Assembly (NCBI GenBank): GCA_965215015.1
Contig: OZ244042.1
Span: 5,088,001 to 5,152,000 of the forward strand
Length of the DNA: 64,000 bases
Reading direction: 5' to 3'
Source: Candidatus Poribacteria bacterium
GTDB lineage: Bacteria > Poribacteria > WGA-4E > PCPOR2b
The position numbers were made by a program, and so were the translations under genes. Positions 1 through 10,454 of the stretch are shown here, piece after piece (positions within the stretch are counted from its first letter, which is position 1; each line of letters starts with the position of its first letter). Below the pieces are notes generated by a model. That model was not told the DNA's origin. It saw only the letters and a program-made list of their open reading frames with translations, and did not search any database.

Positions 1-297
1 ATCTCCATCTTCTGAACACTTTTCGATTTCTGACCGCTAGAATGTAACACAACATCACTTTAATATCAACATTTTTTTACGTCTGGATGGGCAAAAAATG
101 GCCCTACTACAAACCAAGGGAGTTTCGATTCTCTTCCTGTCTGAGCAATGGATTGGGATTCGGAGATCCCTCCTACAAGAGAACTAAATGCTCCTAGAGG
201 CTGAAGCAAGAAATAGCGTTGATATACCGCCCCCGATGTGATACAATTTGTAAAAATGTTCAAGCGCGCTCATTACCCCAAGGAGGTTTATACAAAA

Positions 298-1596
298 GTG
301 AAAAATAGGGATTGCACCTTGATGAGACGGTTCGCCATGGTGTTATTTGGTACTTGGTATTTAATTGGTAGCGTGTTGAGTGCTAAAGCGGAGTGGCCCC
401 AATGGAGGGGCCCCAATCGCGATGGAGTCTCCGATGAAGTAGGACTCCTCAAGGAGTGGCCCCCAAATGGCCCCAAAATGCTGTGGACAATCCCACTTGG
501 AGAAGGGTTTTCTGGCATCTCCGTTTCTCAAGGGCATATCTATACCATGTTCTCCAAAGGGGATGACGAGTTTGTCGTCTGCCTCAACGCCACAGAGGGG
601 CAGGAAATTTGGCGTTTCCGTTCCGATGACAATTACTATGAGGGTATGGGCGGCAATGGACCCCGTACGACGCCGACGATTGACGGGGATTTCCTCTATA
701 CAGTCAGTGCCCACGGCAAACTGTATGCCCTAAACGCTGCGAGTGGACAAGAGGTCTGGTCACATGACCTGCAGCAAAAGTTTGGAAGCAAAATGCCGAG
801 ATGGGGGTTCAGCACATCACCGCTGGTTGATGGGGAGCTGCTTCTGGTCGAAGCTGGTGGGACAGGTGAAAAATCCATCGTTGCTTTTAATAAAAACAGT
901 GGTGATGTGATATGGAGTTCTCATAAAGACAAACTTGGATACTCATCGCCTATTGCCATCACGGTCAAGGGGGTTCGACAAATCATCTGTTTTACAGGGA
1001 CTCAGCTGGTTTCTCTCTCTCCAACCGATGGAACAATCTACTGGAAATACCGGTGGAAGACTGGCTACGATGTCAACGCCGCCACGCCAGTTTTTATTCC
1101 GCCGGATAAAGTCTTTATATCCTCCGGGTATGACAAGGGTGCCGCTGTACTGCAGATAAGGGTTTTCGTTTCGCCCGATCATGACCGCACGGCGATGCAG
1201 CAAATCAGGGAAAACCAAGGTATAGTGAGGATTAAAGAGATTTGGAAAAATCGCAAAATGAAGAACCAGTTTTCCTCGTCAGTGCTTTATGGGAATCATC
1301 TGTATGGATTTGACAATTCCATCTTAAAATGTATTGATGCAAACACCGGCGAGGAACAGTGGAAGATCCGTGGATTTGGAAAGGGTACGGTAATATTTGC
1401 TGATGGCCACTTGATTATTCTCAGCGATCGCGGCAAGCTGGCCTTAGCCGAGGCAACGCCCGCAGGATACATAGAGAAAACGAGTGCGAAAGTGCTGAGT
1501 GGACTATGCTGGACTGTACCGACGCTTGCAAACGGTAAACTTTATGTGCGAAACGAAGGGGAAATGGTTTGCTTAGACATGACGGGGAAACATTAA
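298..1596 (+). CDS. Secreted PQQ-like beta-propeller protein (BamB/PQQ_2-type), paralog 1
   Basis: Signal peptide then WPQWRGPNRDG; repeated G..IW blades; C-terminal WTVPTLANGKLYVRN. Start moved from 238 to GTG 298 behind AGGAGG (281-286), matching paralog 2. Confidence 0.85.
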   Translation: MKNRDCTLMRRFAMVLFGTWYLIGSVLSAKAEWPQWRGPNRDGVSDEVGLLKEWPPNGPKMLWTIPLGEGFSGISVSQGHIYTMFSKGDDEFVVCLNATEGQEIWRFRSDDNYYEGMGGNGPRTTPTIDGDFLYTVSAHGKLYALNAASGQEVWSHDLQQKFGSKMPRWGFSTSPLVDGELLLVEAGGTGEKSIVAFNKNSGDVIWSSHKDKLGYSSPIAITVKGVRQIICFTGTQLVSLSPTDGTIYWKYRWKTGYDVNAATPVFIPPDKVFISSGYDKGAAVLQIRVFVSPDHDRTAMQQIRENQGIVRIKEIWKNRKMKNQFSSSVLYGNHLYGFDNSILKCIDANTGEEQWKIRGFGKGTVIFADGHLIILSDRGKLALAEATPAGYIEKTSAKVLSGLCWTVPTLANGKLYVRNEGEMVCLDMTGKH

Positions 1597-1896
1597 AAAA
1601 CGGTTCATGTCGAAAGAAAGTGCAAAATGCTAAAGACGTGATGCGTGAAAACCATTTGTTGATGGGTTCACTAATGAACTGGGGCGTGTTGACATTTTGC
1701 TATCACCAATTAGAAATCTTTAAATATCAATAATTTGTAGATTGGGCGTGCTCGCCGAACCTGTAGGTCTATATTCACATCTCGACACAAGACCGTCGAT
1801 TTTGGAAAATTGACCTACTAAATCGGTTTCTGTTGCACGGTTTCTTAATATGAGCTTAAGAAATACCTTCATTACGTCGAGGAGATTTATATAACA

Positions 1897-3147
1897 ATGG
1901 AAGATAAAGTTTGCGCCTTGATTAGACGATTCATTGCGTTATTGTTTGGGGCTTGGTATTTAGTTGGTAGCGTCTTGAACGCTGAAGTAGCAGATAATAG
2001 CAAAGCAGATTGGCCTCAATGGCGTGGCCCAAATCGGGATGGAATTTCGTCTGAAACTGGCTTCCTCAAAAGTTGGCCCAAAGAGGGACCCAAAGTCTTG
2101 TGGCGAATTCCGTTTGGGGATGGCTATTCTGGTATATCCATCGCCCAAGGCAAGATCTATACGATGTTCGCCGAGGGTGATGATGAGTTTGTGATTTGCC
2201 TAGATACGTCTGATGGCAAGGAAATTTGGCGATTTCGGTCAGGTGCTAAATTCACCGAGCAGCGCGGCGATGGCCCTCGCTCGATGCCGACTGTACACGG
2301 CGATTCGGTTTTTGCGCTAGGGGCAGCAGGCACGCTCTACGCCTTAAATGCACGCAACGGGACGAAATTATGGGCACATAATTTTGTAGAGGAATTCAAC
2401 AGCACTATCCCTACTTGGGGATTTTCGTCATCACCCCTAATTGAAGGCAATCTGCTCATCGTTGAAGTTGGCGGTAAAGATGAAAAAGCGATTGTCGCGT
2501 TCGACAAAACAAGCGGCGACGTAGTATGGACGAACCACACAGACGAGGTAGGGTATTCATCGCCCATTCCTATTGATTTCGGTGGGGTTCGACAAATTAT
2601 TTTCTTAACGTCTAAGACGCTCCTTTCCTTGGCACCGGAGGACGGACAGATTTACTGGAAGTACCCCTGGCCAGAAGGCATCAATATCGCCACACCGATT
2701 TTCATACCTGACGATAAAATTTTTATCTCCGCTTCCTACGATAAGGGTGCCGTACTTCTCAGAATGATAGCTGATGAAGATGAGATAGAAATCAAGGAGG
2801 TATGGAAAAGCCGCGTGATGAAGAATCATTTCAACTCATCAGTGCTTCAGGGCGATTATCTATACGGTTTCGACAACGCTATCTTAACCTGCATTGAGGT
2901 AAACACCGGTGAAGAACAGTGGCGGCAGCGCGGCTTCGGAAAAGGTTCCTTGCTGCTTGCAGAGGGCTACCTAATAATCCTTGGCGAGGGCGGGAAACTG
3001 GCATTGGCTGAAGCCGCTCCCAGCGAATACAGAGAAAAAGCCCTTTTCCAATTATTCGATGACAAATGTTGGACCGTACCAACGTTGGCTGGCGGAAAAC
3101 TTTATCTCCGAAACCAGAAAGAGATGGTCTGTCTGGATTTGAGATAA
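1897..3147 (+). CDS. Secreted PQQ-like beta-propeller protein, paralog 2
   Basis: Same motifs as 298-1596, collinear throughout; GAGGAG RBS. Confidence 0.85.
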   Translation: MEDKVCALIRRFIALLFGAWYLVGSVLNAEVADNSKADWPQWRGPNRDGISSETGFLKSWPKEGPKVLWRIPFGDGYSGISIAQGKIYTMFAEGDDEFVICLDTSDGKEIWRFRSGAKFTEQRGDGPRSMPTVHGDSVFALGAAGTLYALNARNGTKLWAHNFVEEFNSTIPTWGFSSSPLIEGNLLIVEVGGKDEKAIVAFDKTSGDVVWTNHTDEVGYSSPIPIDFGGVRQIIFLTSKTLLSLAPEDGQIYWKYPWPEGINIATPIFIPDDKIFISASYDKGAVLLRMIADEDEIEIKEVWKSRVMKNHFNSSVLQGDYLYGFDNAILTCIEVNTGEEQWRQRGFGKGSLLLAEGYLIILGEGGKLALAEAAPSEYREKALFQLFDDKCWTVPTLAGGKLYLRNQKEMVCLDLR

Positions 3148-3375
3148 TCGTTGGGGTAATCTAGCGAAGCGTTGATATTGATGTGGTTCACCTTAAAAAA
3201 TCCTACAACAAAACCGTAGGTACTTGCATCCCGATTGATCAGGAGTCGGAGTTATCCCACCTGTTCTTGCTAATGAACCAACGGTTTTCACGCTTCACTC
3301 TCTTAGCATTTTCCTTTTACATGAGCCATTGATGTTTCTCCACCACATTTTGAATTTTATCTGAGAGGAGCTTTC

Positions 3376-4728
3376 ATGTCCAAAAGTACAGACATTCGGA
3401 TTCTGGATGTCAGTTGTGATTTTGAGGAATATCAATACCGTACCCCGCTCAAATTCGGTGGTGTTCCGATAGATAATTGTGGACTGCTGAATGTGCGTAT
3501 ACAGGTGCAGACACGCGATGGGAAAGAGGCAGTAGGTTTCGGGTCCATGACGCTCAGCAATGTATGGGCGTTTCCACCGCGTTACGTCCCCTTTGACCAA
3601 AGTCTTGAGGCGATGAAGCGTCTCTCAGGACAGCTGGTTGACGCCACACGCGAATGCAATCTGTGCGCTCACCCCGTAGATCTCTCCGAGACCCTTGAAC
3701 CTCAATTCCTGCGAATCGCAGCCAATCTCTCTGCGGAGATGCAGCTCCTCACACCAATTCCGAAGCTCTGCACGGTGGTTACAGCAAGTCCCATTGACGC
3801 AGCCATCCACGATGGATTTGGTAAGGCAAACGGTATCAACAGCTACGATGGGCTCAGTGAAGATTTCATGAGCCACGATCTCTCGCACTACCTTAATGAA
3901 AGATTCGCAGGTAAATACCTTGACCGATACACCCTGCGAAAGCCGAAGCCAAAGATGCCGCTCTACCATCTGGTCGGTGCGCTTGACCCACTAACCGATG
4001 CTGATATCCCGAACCGTCTCAATGACGGACTGCCCGAAACGTTGCCGGAGTGGATTGGCGCAGATGGATTGACACATCTAAAAATTAAGCTGAATGGGGA
4101 TGACTTAGACTGGGATGTGCAGCGGGTGCTTTCGATTGAGAAAATTACCGCCGAAACACAGGCAAAGCGGGATGTGAGTGAATGGTATTACTCTGCGGAC
4201 TTCAATGAAACCTGCCAAGATGTCGAGTACCTGTTGGCGTTTCTGCACAAAATTCGGGAGGGTGAGGGACGCGCCTTTGAACGGTTGGCTTACATCGAGC
4301 AACCGACAAATCGAGATCTCAAGGCACACCCCGAGAACAAAATGCACCGAGCCGCAGAGATTAAACCGGTCGTCATTGACGAGTCCCTGACCGACTTTCA
4401 AACTTTTCAACTCGCACGAGAACAGGGCTATTCTGGCGTCGCACTCAAAGCGTGTAAGGGGCAGTCTCAAGCGTTGCTCATGGGGGCTGCGGCGATTGAA
4501 TACGATATGTTCTTAGCGGTACAAGATTTGACCTGTCCGGGGGCATCGTTCCTGCATTCCGCGGGGCTGGCTGCACGGGTGCCACGAGTTACTGCAATAG
4601 AAGGGAACTCTCGCCAATACTGTCCTGTGGCAAACGAGGCGTGGAAGGACAGATTTCCTTCGATTTTTAATATTAATGACGGAACGGTGGGCACCCATGT
4701 CCTGACAGGCAATGGGCTAGGGCATTAG
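3376..4728 (+). CDS. Enolase superfamily (mandelate racemase/muconate lactonizing enzyme-like) protein
   Basis: LKIKL (KxK) and metal-ligand motifs DFNE, IEQP, IDES; GAGGAG RBS. Confidence 0.75.
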   Translation: MSKSTDIRILDVSCDFEEYQYRTPLKFGGVPIDNCGLLNVRIQVQTRDGKEAVGFGSMTLSNVWAFPPRYVPFDQSLEAMKRLSGQLVDATRECNLCAHPVDLSETLEPQFLRIAANLSAEMQLLTPIPKLCTVVTASPIDAAIHDGFGKANGINSYDGLSEDFMSHDLSHYLNERFAGKYLDRYTLRKPKPKMPLYHLVGALDPLTDADIPNRLNDGLPETLPEWIGADGLTHLKIKLNGDDLDWDVQRVLSIEKITAETQAKRDVSEWYYSADFNETCQDVEYLLAFLHKIREGEGRAFERLAYIEQPTNRDLKAHPENKMHRAAEIKPVVIDESLTDFQTFQLAREQGYSGVALKACKGQSQALLMGAAAIEYDMFLAVQDLTCPGASFLHSAGLAARVPRVTAIEGNSRQYCPVANEAWKDRFPSIFNINDGTVGTHVLTGNGLGH

Positions 4729-4756
4729 CAGAAGGGGCTTAATTGACAAATTTTGA

Positions 4757-5941
4757 TTGAAAGTAGATATAGTGAAAACACCGACGGTTATAGACCTATT
4801 TTGCGGTTGCGGGGGTATGTCCTGGGGATTGCATCAGGCTGGTTTCAAAATCCTTGCTGGAATTGACAATTGGAATCGGGCTCTACAGACTTTTCGGCAT
4901 AATCACCCGGAGGCCAACACTGTTGAAGCGGATATTGCTAACTTGAATCCACAATCCGTCATGGATTCTTTGGACCTAGCCCGAGGCGATTTAGATTGTT
5001 TGATTGGAGGGCCACCGTGCCAAGGCTTCTCGAAAAACGTTCCGGCTGCTTACCGATTTCTTGGAGATTCTCGAAATCAATTATTCCGAGATTTTCTTCG
5101 CTTTGTTGATGAAATGCGCCCTAAAATTGTTGTGATGGAGAACGTCGCGGAAATTTACAATGCTTACGGAGGGATTGTCCGCCAAGAGATTATTGACAGT
5201 TTAGGTAAGTTGGGTTATGAAGTTGACGTTGACAACCTGTTCGCACCGGACTACGGTATTCCTCAACGTAGACGGCGCTGTTTTTTCTTTGCTTCTCGAA
5301 CCGGTGTTTTTCCGCTGCTCTCACCACCAACTTTTGGAAAAGTCGCTACCACAACCCTATTTGGTCAAGTGCAGCCGTACCGTTCTGCTTGGTCTGCAAT
5401 TTCGGATTTACCTGTTTTGCAAAATGGGGATGGCTACGAACCAATGGCTTATAAGTTCCCTGCTCTAAATGCGTATCAGATTCTGATGCGATTAAACTCA
5501 ACTGCTCTCTATGACCATGTGACTCGTAGACTCAACACCAAACAACATACACGAATTGCCTCCTTAGAACCGGGCCAAGGTCTAAAAAATTTGCCCAAGG
5601 AAATTCGTCCGAAATCTGGATATAGCGGTGCATATGGTAGGCTTGATTTCCAGATGATTGCACCAACCATTACCCGATGGTTTTTCCACCCCGGTTCCGG
5701 TCGATTTTGTCATCCTCGTGAGGTTCGCCTACTAACTATTCGTGAGGCGGCACGACTTCAATCCTTCTCAGATGATTTCATATTTACGGGAACGTACATT
5801 GAGAAATCGCATCAAGTTGGAAACGCGGTGCCACCACTAATCATGCAAAGTATGGCCGTGAACATTAAAGTTTGCCTTGGAGCTCTGTCAGAAGAAGAGC
5901 GACAATATCGTGTGTTAAAAGACGTACCGGCTCAATATTGA
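4757..5941 (+). CDS. DNA (cytosine-5)-methyltransferase
   Basis: Motifs DLFCGCGG, GGPPCQGFS, MENV, QRRRR, REAARLQSF, QVGNAVPP. Confidence 0.95.
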   Translation: MKVDIVKTPTVIDLFCGCGGMSWGLHQAGFKILAGIDNWNRALQTFRHNHPEANTVEADIANLNPQSVMDSLDLARGDLDCLIGGPPCQGFSKNVPAAYRFLGDSRNQLFRDFLRFVDEMRPKIVVMENVAEIYNAYGGIVRQEIIDSLGKLGYEVDVDNLFAPDYGIPQRRRRCFFFASRTGVFPLLSPPTFGKVATTTLFGQVQPYRSAWSAISDLPVLQNGDGYEPMAYKFPALNAYQILMRLNSTALYDHVTRRLNTKQHTRIASLEPGQGLKNLPKEIRPKSGYSGAYGRLDFQMIAPTITRWFFHPGSGRFCHPREVRLLTIREAARLQSFSDDFIFTGTYIEKSHQVGNAVPPLIMQSMAVNIKVCLGALSEEERQYRVLKDVPAQY

Positions 5942-6581
5942 AAGTGTAGACATTCCTAGGCAACACAAATCGCTCAAAGAATTGTTTTTGGTTTGGATAC
6001 CACCGAAAAACAAGCTGATTGTCAAAATTTCGCTTTGCTTGCAAGCCCGTTTTGGTCTCGTTCGTCCATTCCCATTTCAGATCCTCGGAGGCGTATTCAA
6101 CTAGCTGAGATTCAAAGTAAGCATACCTTTTTCGATCGCGGGACTTTAGTAGAATGCACACCCGCTTGTCTTCAACACCCTGAAATTGCGCGTCCTTGTT
6201 GACTTTTTCATCGTACCAGTGCTTCAGAAGTGCAAAGCCCAGTTTCTCCGGGGACGAGTTAAGTGATAGTTCGTCAAATCCTAATTCTGTCGCTTTTTTG
6301 AAAATATCTGCCCGTTGGATAACGACCTCGAATTCACAAGGGGGACTGATTCGATGTTGCACGGCTTTAATTGACCAACCAATTTTACGGTTATTATCAA
6401 CAACATCAAAAAGACGTTTGCTTCTGCTATACATAAGTGGATCAATAATTGAAATGTCTTTTGTGTATGCAAAGATGGCTTCCCAAATGAAGTTCTCAAT
6501 ATCATCAACAAACGGAATAGCAAAAGTCGCTTGGATTCCATTGATGAGACGTTTCTTCTGATCGTCATTCAGATCGTACAT
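5865..6581 (-). CDS. Putative type II restriction endonuclease
   Basis: 238 aa, convergent with and overlapping the C5 MTase; AT-richer; FDVVD...WSIK resembles a PD-(D/E)xK variant. Mainly inferred from context. Confidence 0.6.
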   Translation of the reverse strand: MYDLNDDQKKRLINGIQATFAIPFVDDIENFIWEAIFAYTKDISIIDPLMYSRSKRLFDVVDNNRKIGWSIKAVQHRISPPCEFEVVIQRADIFKKATELGFDELSLNSSPEKLGFALLKHWYDEKVNKDAQFQGVEDKRVCILLKSRDRKRYAYFESQLVEYASEDLKWEWTNETKTGLQAKRNFDNQLVFRWYPNQKQFFERFVLPRNVYTFNIEPVRLLTHDIVALLLTELQGKL

Positions 6582-6622
6582 GATTCTCCCATTAGAAATG
6601 AGGCATCAGCAACTGTGGTCAC
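6569..6622 (-). pseudogene. N-terminal stub of a PIN-domain (DUF3368-like) toxin
   Basis: GTG overlapping the UPF0175 stop (GTGA) reads MTTVADASFLM, like a PIN first strand plus Asp, then runs into the endonuclease RBS/start. Confidence 0.45.
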
Positions 6623-6899
6623 TGGTGAAGCCCTTCGGCACTCTCCAATTCTTGTTGGATTTCCTCATCATCATATTCAGCAATTTCAGCAATAGGAATG
6701 CCCCGCTGACTTAAAAGCCGAATAAAATCCTACAGGTGCATCTCTGCTAACTTTGCAGCTTGCCCTAAAGAAGGAGATTACGCTGGAAGAGTGCAACTGC
6801 AAGCAATTGTTTTACCTCTTCAGTGAGTTTCTCTCCGTCGTAGCCTGCAACAGAAAGTGGGATTGCGAGTTTGCTCGGTAAGTCTAATGTGATATCCAC
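6619..6899 (-). pseudogene. UPF0175-family antitoxin-like protein, frameshifted
   Basis: Manual translation MDITLDLP...AVALFQRNLL/SLGQAAKLAEMHL*DFIRLLSQRGIPI...EIQQELE; 1-nt frameshift near 6770 plus an in-frame TAG. Confidence 0.7.
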
Positions 6900-6966
6900 C
6901 TCAACAACCCTCCCCTCTTTTTTAAATCTTCAGAGCAGTATTCATCAATAACAGCATCAGAAACCA

Positions 6967-7740
6967 CTAATCCGCCTTGTTTCCTTGCTTCATAAACGAG
7001 CTCAACAGATCCACAGGTATCGGGAAAACCAGTGTTGAGTTTTTCTCGGCTGCCACTTCAATGAGGGCTTGCAGGTAACGAAGTTGAATACCGATTGGAT
7101 TTTTACTTAAAGTCGTTGCGGCTTCCGTTAAGGCTTCGGATGATTCCAACTCGCCCGCGGCGTGGGTAAACTTGGCACGACGTTCACGCTCTGCTTCTGC
7201 TTGTTTTGCCATTGCCCGCTGCATTTCCGCAGGCAGGTCTACATGCTTAATCTCCATAGCGATGACGTTGATTCCCCACGATTCGCTATTCCTTTGGATA
7301 ATCTCCTCTAACTCCTGATTCAGCTTTTCGCGTTCTGACAAGAGGTCATCAAGCTCTGCACTTCCGAGAATGCTTCGGAGCGTTGTTTGTGCCAGTTGGC
7401 TGATTGCAAACCCAAAATCTTCGACCTCTACGACCGCTTTTGCCGAGTCCACGATTCGGAAGGTTAAAACGGCGTTCACGCTCACAGAGACATTGTCCTT
7501 AGTAATTACATCCTGTGGTGTCACATCCTGTACAACAGTCCGAAGACTCACCCGTTGCATCCGTTCAATCCAGAACGGTATGAGTAGTACCAGCCCGGGC
7601 CCCCTTGCACCGGTCAAACGTCCCAACCGAAATACAACTGCTCTCTCATATTCTCTGAGGATACGTATAGAAGTCATCATCGCTATAATGAGAACAACCA
7701 TTCCGATTCCAATTTCATTCATAAAATTGATTTGTGGCAT
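6967..7740 (-). CDS. SPFH/stomatin (band 7, slipin) family protein
   Basis: [47 protein letters not shown]. Confidence 0.92.
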   Translation of the reverse strand: MPQINFMNEIGIGMVVLIIAMMTSIRILREYERAVVFRLGRLTGARGPGLVLLIPFWIERMQRVSLRTVVQDVTPQDVITKDNVSVSVNAVLTFRIVDSAKAVVEVEDFGFAISQLAQTTLRSILGSAELDDLLSEREKLNQELEEIIQRNSESWGINVIAMEIKHVDLPAEMQRAMAKQAEAERERRAKFTHAAGELESSEALTEAATTLSKNPIGIQLRYLQALIEVAAEKNSTLVFPIPVDLLSSFMKQGNKAD

Positions 7741-7766
7741 TTACCTCTCCTTCTCTTTAACTTAGT

Positions 7767-8121
7767 TAGGGCTTACGCAGTTGAACGCTCAACACCAACC
7801 CCAGAAAAGGGCGCGCAATGTTCCGGGCGGATTGAACCAACCGTATAGCGCAACAGTGTCTGGTATTCCCTTGCGCGAGAGTTGGGGTATCCTCGGCGAT
7901 TCATCGCCGGTGAAGGTGCCTCGCAACGGCTGATGAATCGGGCGGCGACAGTTCATCCGACAGTAGTAGGCACGCTCCGCGTACCATCCCCCTGCTTGCG
8001 GGGGGGCTAGCGGACCGAAAGGGGGATGGCATACGCCGTATGCCGACTCCTGTCGGACGATTTATGGTCTATCCTGACGCGGGTTGAATTGTGTTACTAC
8101 AAACTCAATGCGTAACTCCCA
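7767..8121. mobile_element. Composite MITE-like element with an internal REP pair
   Basis: Ends TAGGGCTTACGCA ... TGCGTAACTCCCA; inner GTAGGCACGCTCCGCGTACC / CCCCTGCTTGCGGGGGG / GGCATACGCCGTATGCC modules; inverted counterpart at 48133-48420. Confidence 0.65.
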
Positions 8122-8150
8122 GTAATAAAAATAACAAGCCTAATTTAGTA

Positions 8151-9161
8151 TTATTCGTTGAGTTTTCTTGCATATATTGCCCACAGCGCAAAGCAGGTAG
8201 TTTGTAAATTCGCCATTGGCTGTTTTAGTTCAACAGGGGTGGCACTGACGAAACTTCCATCTTCCTGTTGCACATCCCTCAAATACCTGAGCGCGACCTT
8301 ATCTGCGTTCAACGGATCTTCCCCAATAACCAAGGCAAGCACCGTATAGGCGGTAATTTCCGGATCGCTGGGCGCCCCTTTCCACCTACCAAACCCACCA
8401 TCATCATTTTGCATCCGCTTTAGCCATGCAAGTTGCTCATCAATATCATAAACAATTGATAATCCCTGCAATACCCACGACGTGACAAGCACATTAGACC
8501 GTGTCCCCGGTTCCATTGACCACCCACCATCGAAATTAATACGATCGGCAAGCCAATCGGCCGCTTGGGGAACAGGGGAAAACTTCTGATTAAAGCCAAG
8601 TTGCCCCAACCCTGCTAAAACAGCCGCTGTATAGAGCGGGTTACCGGGTTGGCGTATCTCACGTCCCCAACTTCCACTTGCTTTTTGCGCTTCCCGCAGC
8701 CATCGGAGTCCGTTAAACTGTTCATCCGGATTGGTTTCAGCTCGCTTTAGTGCAATGATAGCAAAAATGGTATGCGCGGTATTTCCATTCCAACTTCCAT
8801 CTGGTTTCTGATGCTTTATTAGATAGGTGACCCCTCGACGGATGACACTTGAACCGGATCCCCACCCTTTTAACATCAGTGCTTGCACTGCAATTGCGGT
8901 GATTTCAACATCACTTTCTCTACCCGGTATGAGAGGCCAACCGCCATCTGCATTCTGATGTTTGAGGATATATGATGCAGCCAGTTCGATGGTATCATAA
9001 GTTGATTCCGCAGCCAGCCCCACTGTTGTGTGGAAACTCAATGCAATCAGAAGTGAACAGGACCACAACTTAAAAAAAGCCCGCTGAACAATAGGAAAAG
9101 GGAAATTCGAGAAGAGAGAGCAGAAGCCTTTCCTCCACCTCTCCATATTTCTGAATCTCAA
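8151..9161 (-). CDS. Prenyltransferase/squalene-oxidase repeat (QW-motif) protein, probably exported
   Basis: Repeated QNADGGW, QKPDGSW, QKASGSW, QNDDGGF, QQEDGSF; hydrophobic N-terminal segment. Confidence 0.8.
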   Translation of the reverse strand: MRFRNMERWRKGFCSLFSNFPFPIVQRAFFKLWSCSLLIALSFHTTVGLAAESTYDTIELAASYILKHQNADGGWPLIPGRESDVEITAIAVQALMLKGWGSGSSVIRRGVTYLIKHQKPDGSWNGNTAHTIFAIIALKRAETNPDEQFNGLRWLREAQKASGSWGREIRQPGNPLYTAAVLAGLGQLGFNQKFSPVPQAADWLADRINFDGGWSMEPGTRSNVLVTSWVLQGLSIVYDIDEQLAWLKRMQNDDGGFGRWKGAPSDPEITAYTVLALVIGEDPLNADKVALRYLRDVQQEDGSFVSATPVELKQPMANLQTTCFALWAIYARKLNE

Positions 9162-9225
9162 TTTCTGCCTCCTTTTCGGGTAAGCACATGCAAATCGCCT
9201 AGCAATTTACCGAATGCACCTTCGC

Positions 9226-10353
9226 TTAATTTACGTGCGGTTCAATAACAACCTTATAGACGCCCTCCTCGCCAAGCATCTGGATGCCCTCCTCTAAGCG
9301 AGCTAAGGGAAGATGATGGGTAATCAGATCTTTCAGAGGAACGCGGGTGCGCTCTAAAAAGTCGAGAGCGGTTTGGAATTGGATCTGTGGGTATGCCCAC
9401 ACGCCGCAGATATCGAGATCCTTGTTGCAGATCTGGTGTGGGCGGACATTGACGGAACCTGAATCGGTATAGTGGCCCACCTCGATCACTTTGCCGCCGC
9501 GGCGGACGAGATCAATGCCTTCAGCAAAGACGCCCGGCAACCCGGCGCATTCAATCACGATGTCCGTACCCGCGCCGCTTGTGAGATCTTGCACCTGCTC
9601 AAGGCGTTGTTCAGGGGAGGTTTCACCAACATTGATAACGACATCTGCCCCCATGTTTTTCGCCATATCCAAACGACTGTCCACAATATCAGTAGCGATA
9701 ATTGTTCCCGCACCGGTGCTACGGAGCACGGCAATCACGAGGAGTCCAATGGGACCACAGCCAAGAACGGCAACGCTGTTCCCGATGCCGTATCCCGCCC
9801 CGACTTGCGGCACACCGGGCGCATGTGCACGTTCTACAGCACGGGTTGCAACAGCGACCGGCTCGGTCAGGACACGCAGTTCTTCGGAGATTCCTGCCGA
9901 TACTTTAAACACCCACGAGTTGCCATGGATGTAGGTATACTCAGAAAACTCCCCTGTCAGATGAGGTGGGGTTTCGCAGTTACTGAACCCGTAGATTGTT
10001 CGATTCGTGCATAAAGTCGGACGATGCGGAAAACGCAAACAATAGTAACATTTCCCGCAGTTTTTTGAGCCGGGCACAACCGTCACCGGATCGCCGACTT
10101 TAATTGGTCCACCCATTACATTCATCACCTGATTTGCATCTTTGCCGATTTCAGCGACAGTGCCAACAACCTCGTGCCCCGGAATCACGGGGAAGTTCAG
10201 ATTTGTATGACCCAGATACATGTGCTTGTCGCTACCACAAATTCCGACTTGGTCTACCTGAAGAAGGAGCGCATCGTCAGCAGGGGTTGGTTTTTCAAAT
10301 TCACGAATCTCGATTTGTCCGGGTGTCGGCATTACCGCAGCCTGTACTTGCAT
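9226..10353 (-). CDS. Zn-dependent MDR alcohol/polyol dehydrogenase
   Basis: GICGSD, GHE, CGKCYYC, GCGPIG. Confidence 0.9.
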   Translation of the reverse strand: MQVQAAVMPTPGQIEIREFEKPTPADDALLLQVDQVGICGSDKHMYLGHTNLNFPVIPGHEVVGTVAEIGKDANQVMNVMGGPIKVGDPVTVVPGSKNCGKCYYCLRFPHRPTLCTNRTIYGFSNCETPPHLTGEFSEYTYIHGNSWVFKVSAGISEELRVLTEPVAVATRAVERAHAPGVPQVGAGYGIGNSVAVLGCGPIGLLVIAVLRSTGAGTIIATDIVDSRLDMAKNMGADVVINVGETSPEQRLEQVQDLTSGAGTDIVIECAGLPGVFAEGIDLVRRGGKVIEVGHYTDSGSVNVRPHQICNKDLDICGVWAYPQIQFQTALDFLERTRVPLKDLITHHLPLARLEEGIQMLGEEGVYKVVIEPHVN

Positions 10354-10454
10354 TTTGAAAACTCCTTATGTTCGTATTTGTTGTATGTTTGCTTTCTTTC
10401 ATCACGGGGGCTTTGAACCTTCAACTGCGTAAGTCCTAACTCCTTTACAATTTA

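Noticed and set aside
8151-9161. Squalene-hopene or oxidosqualene cyclase
   Set aside because: About half the expected length and no DXDD or DCTAE motif.
9472-10014. Long antisense or alternate-frame ORFs (e.g. 9472-10014, 38653-39354, 41046-41570)
   Set aside because: Shadow ORFs of well-supported genes with no recognisable motifs or RBS.
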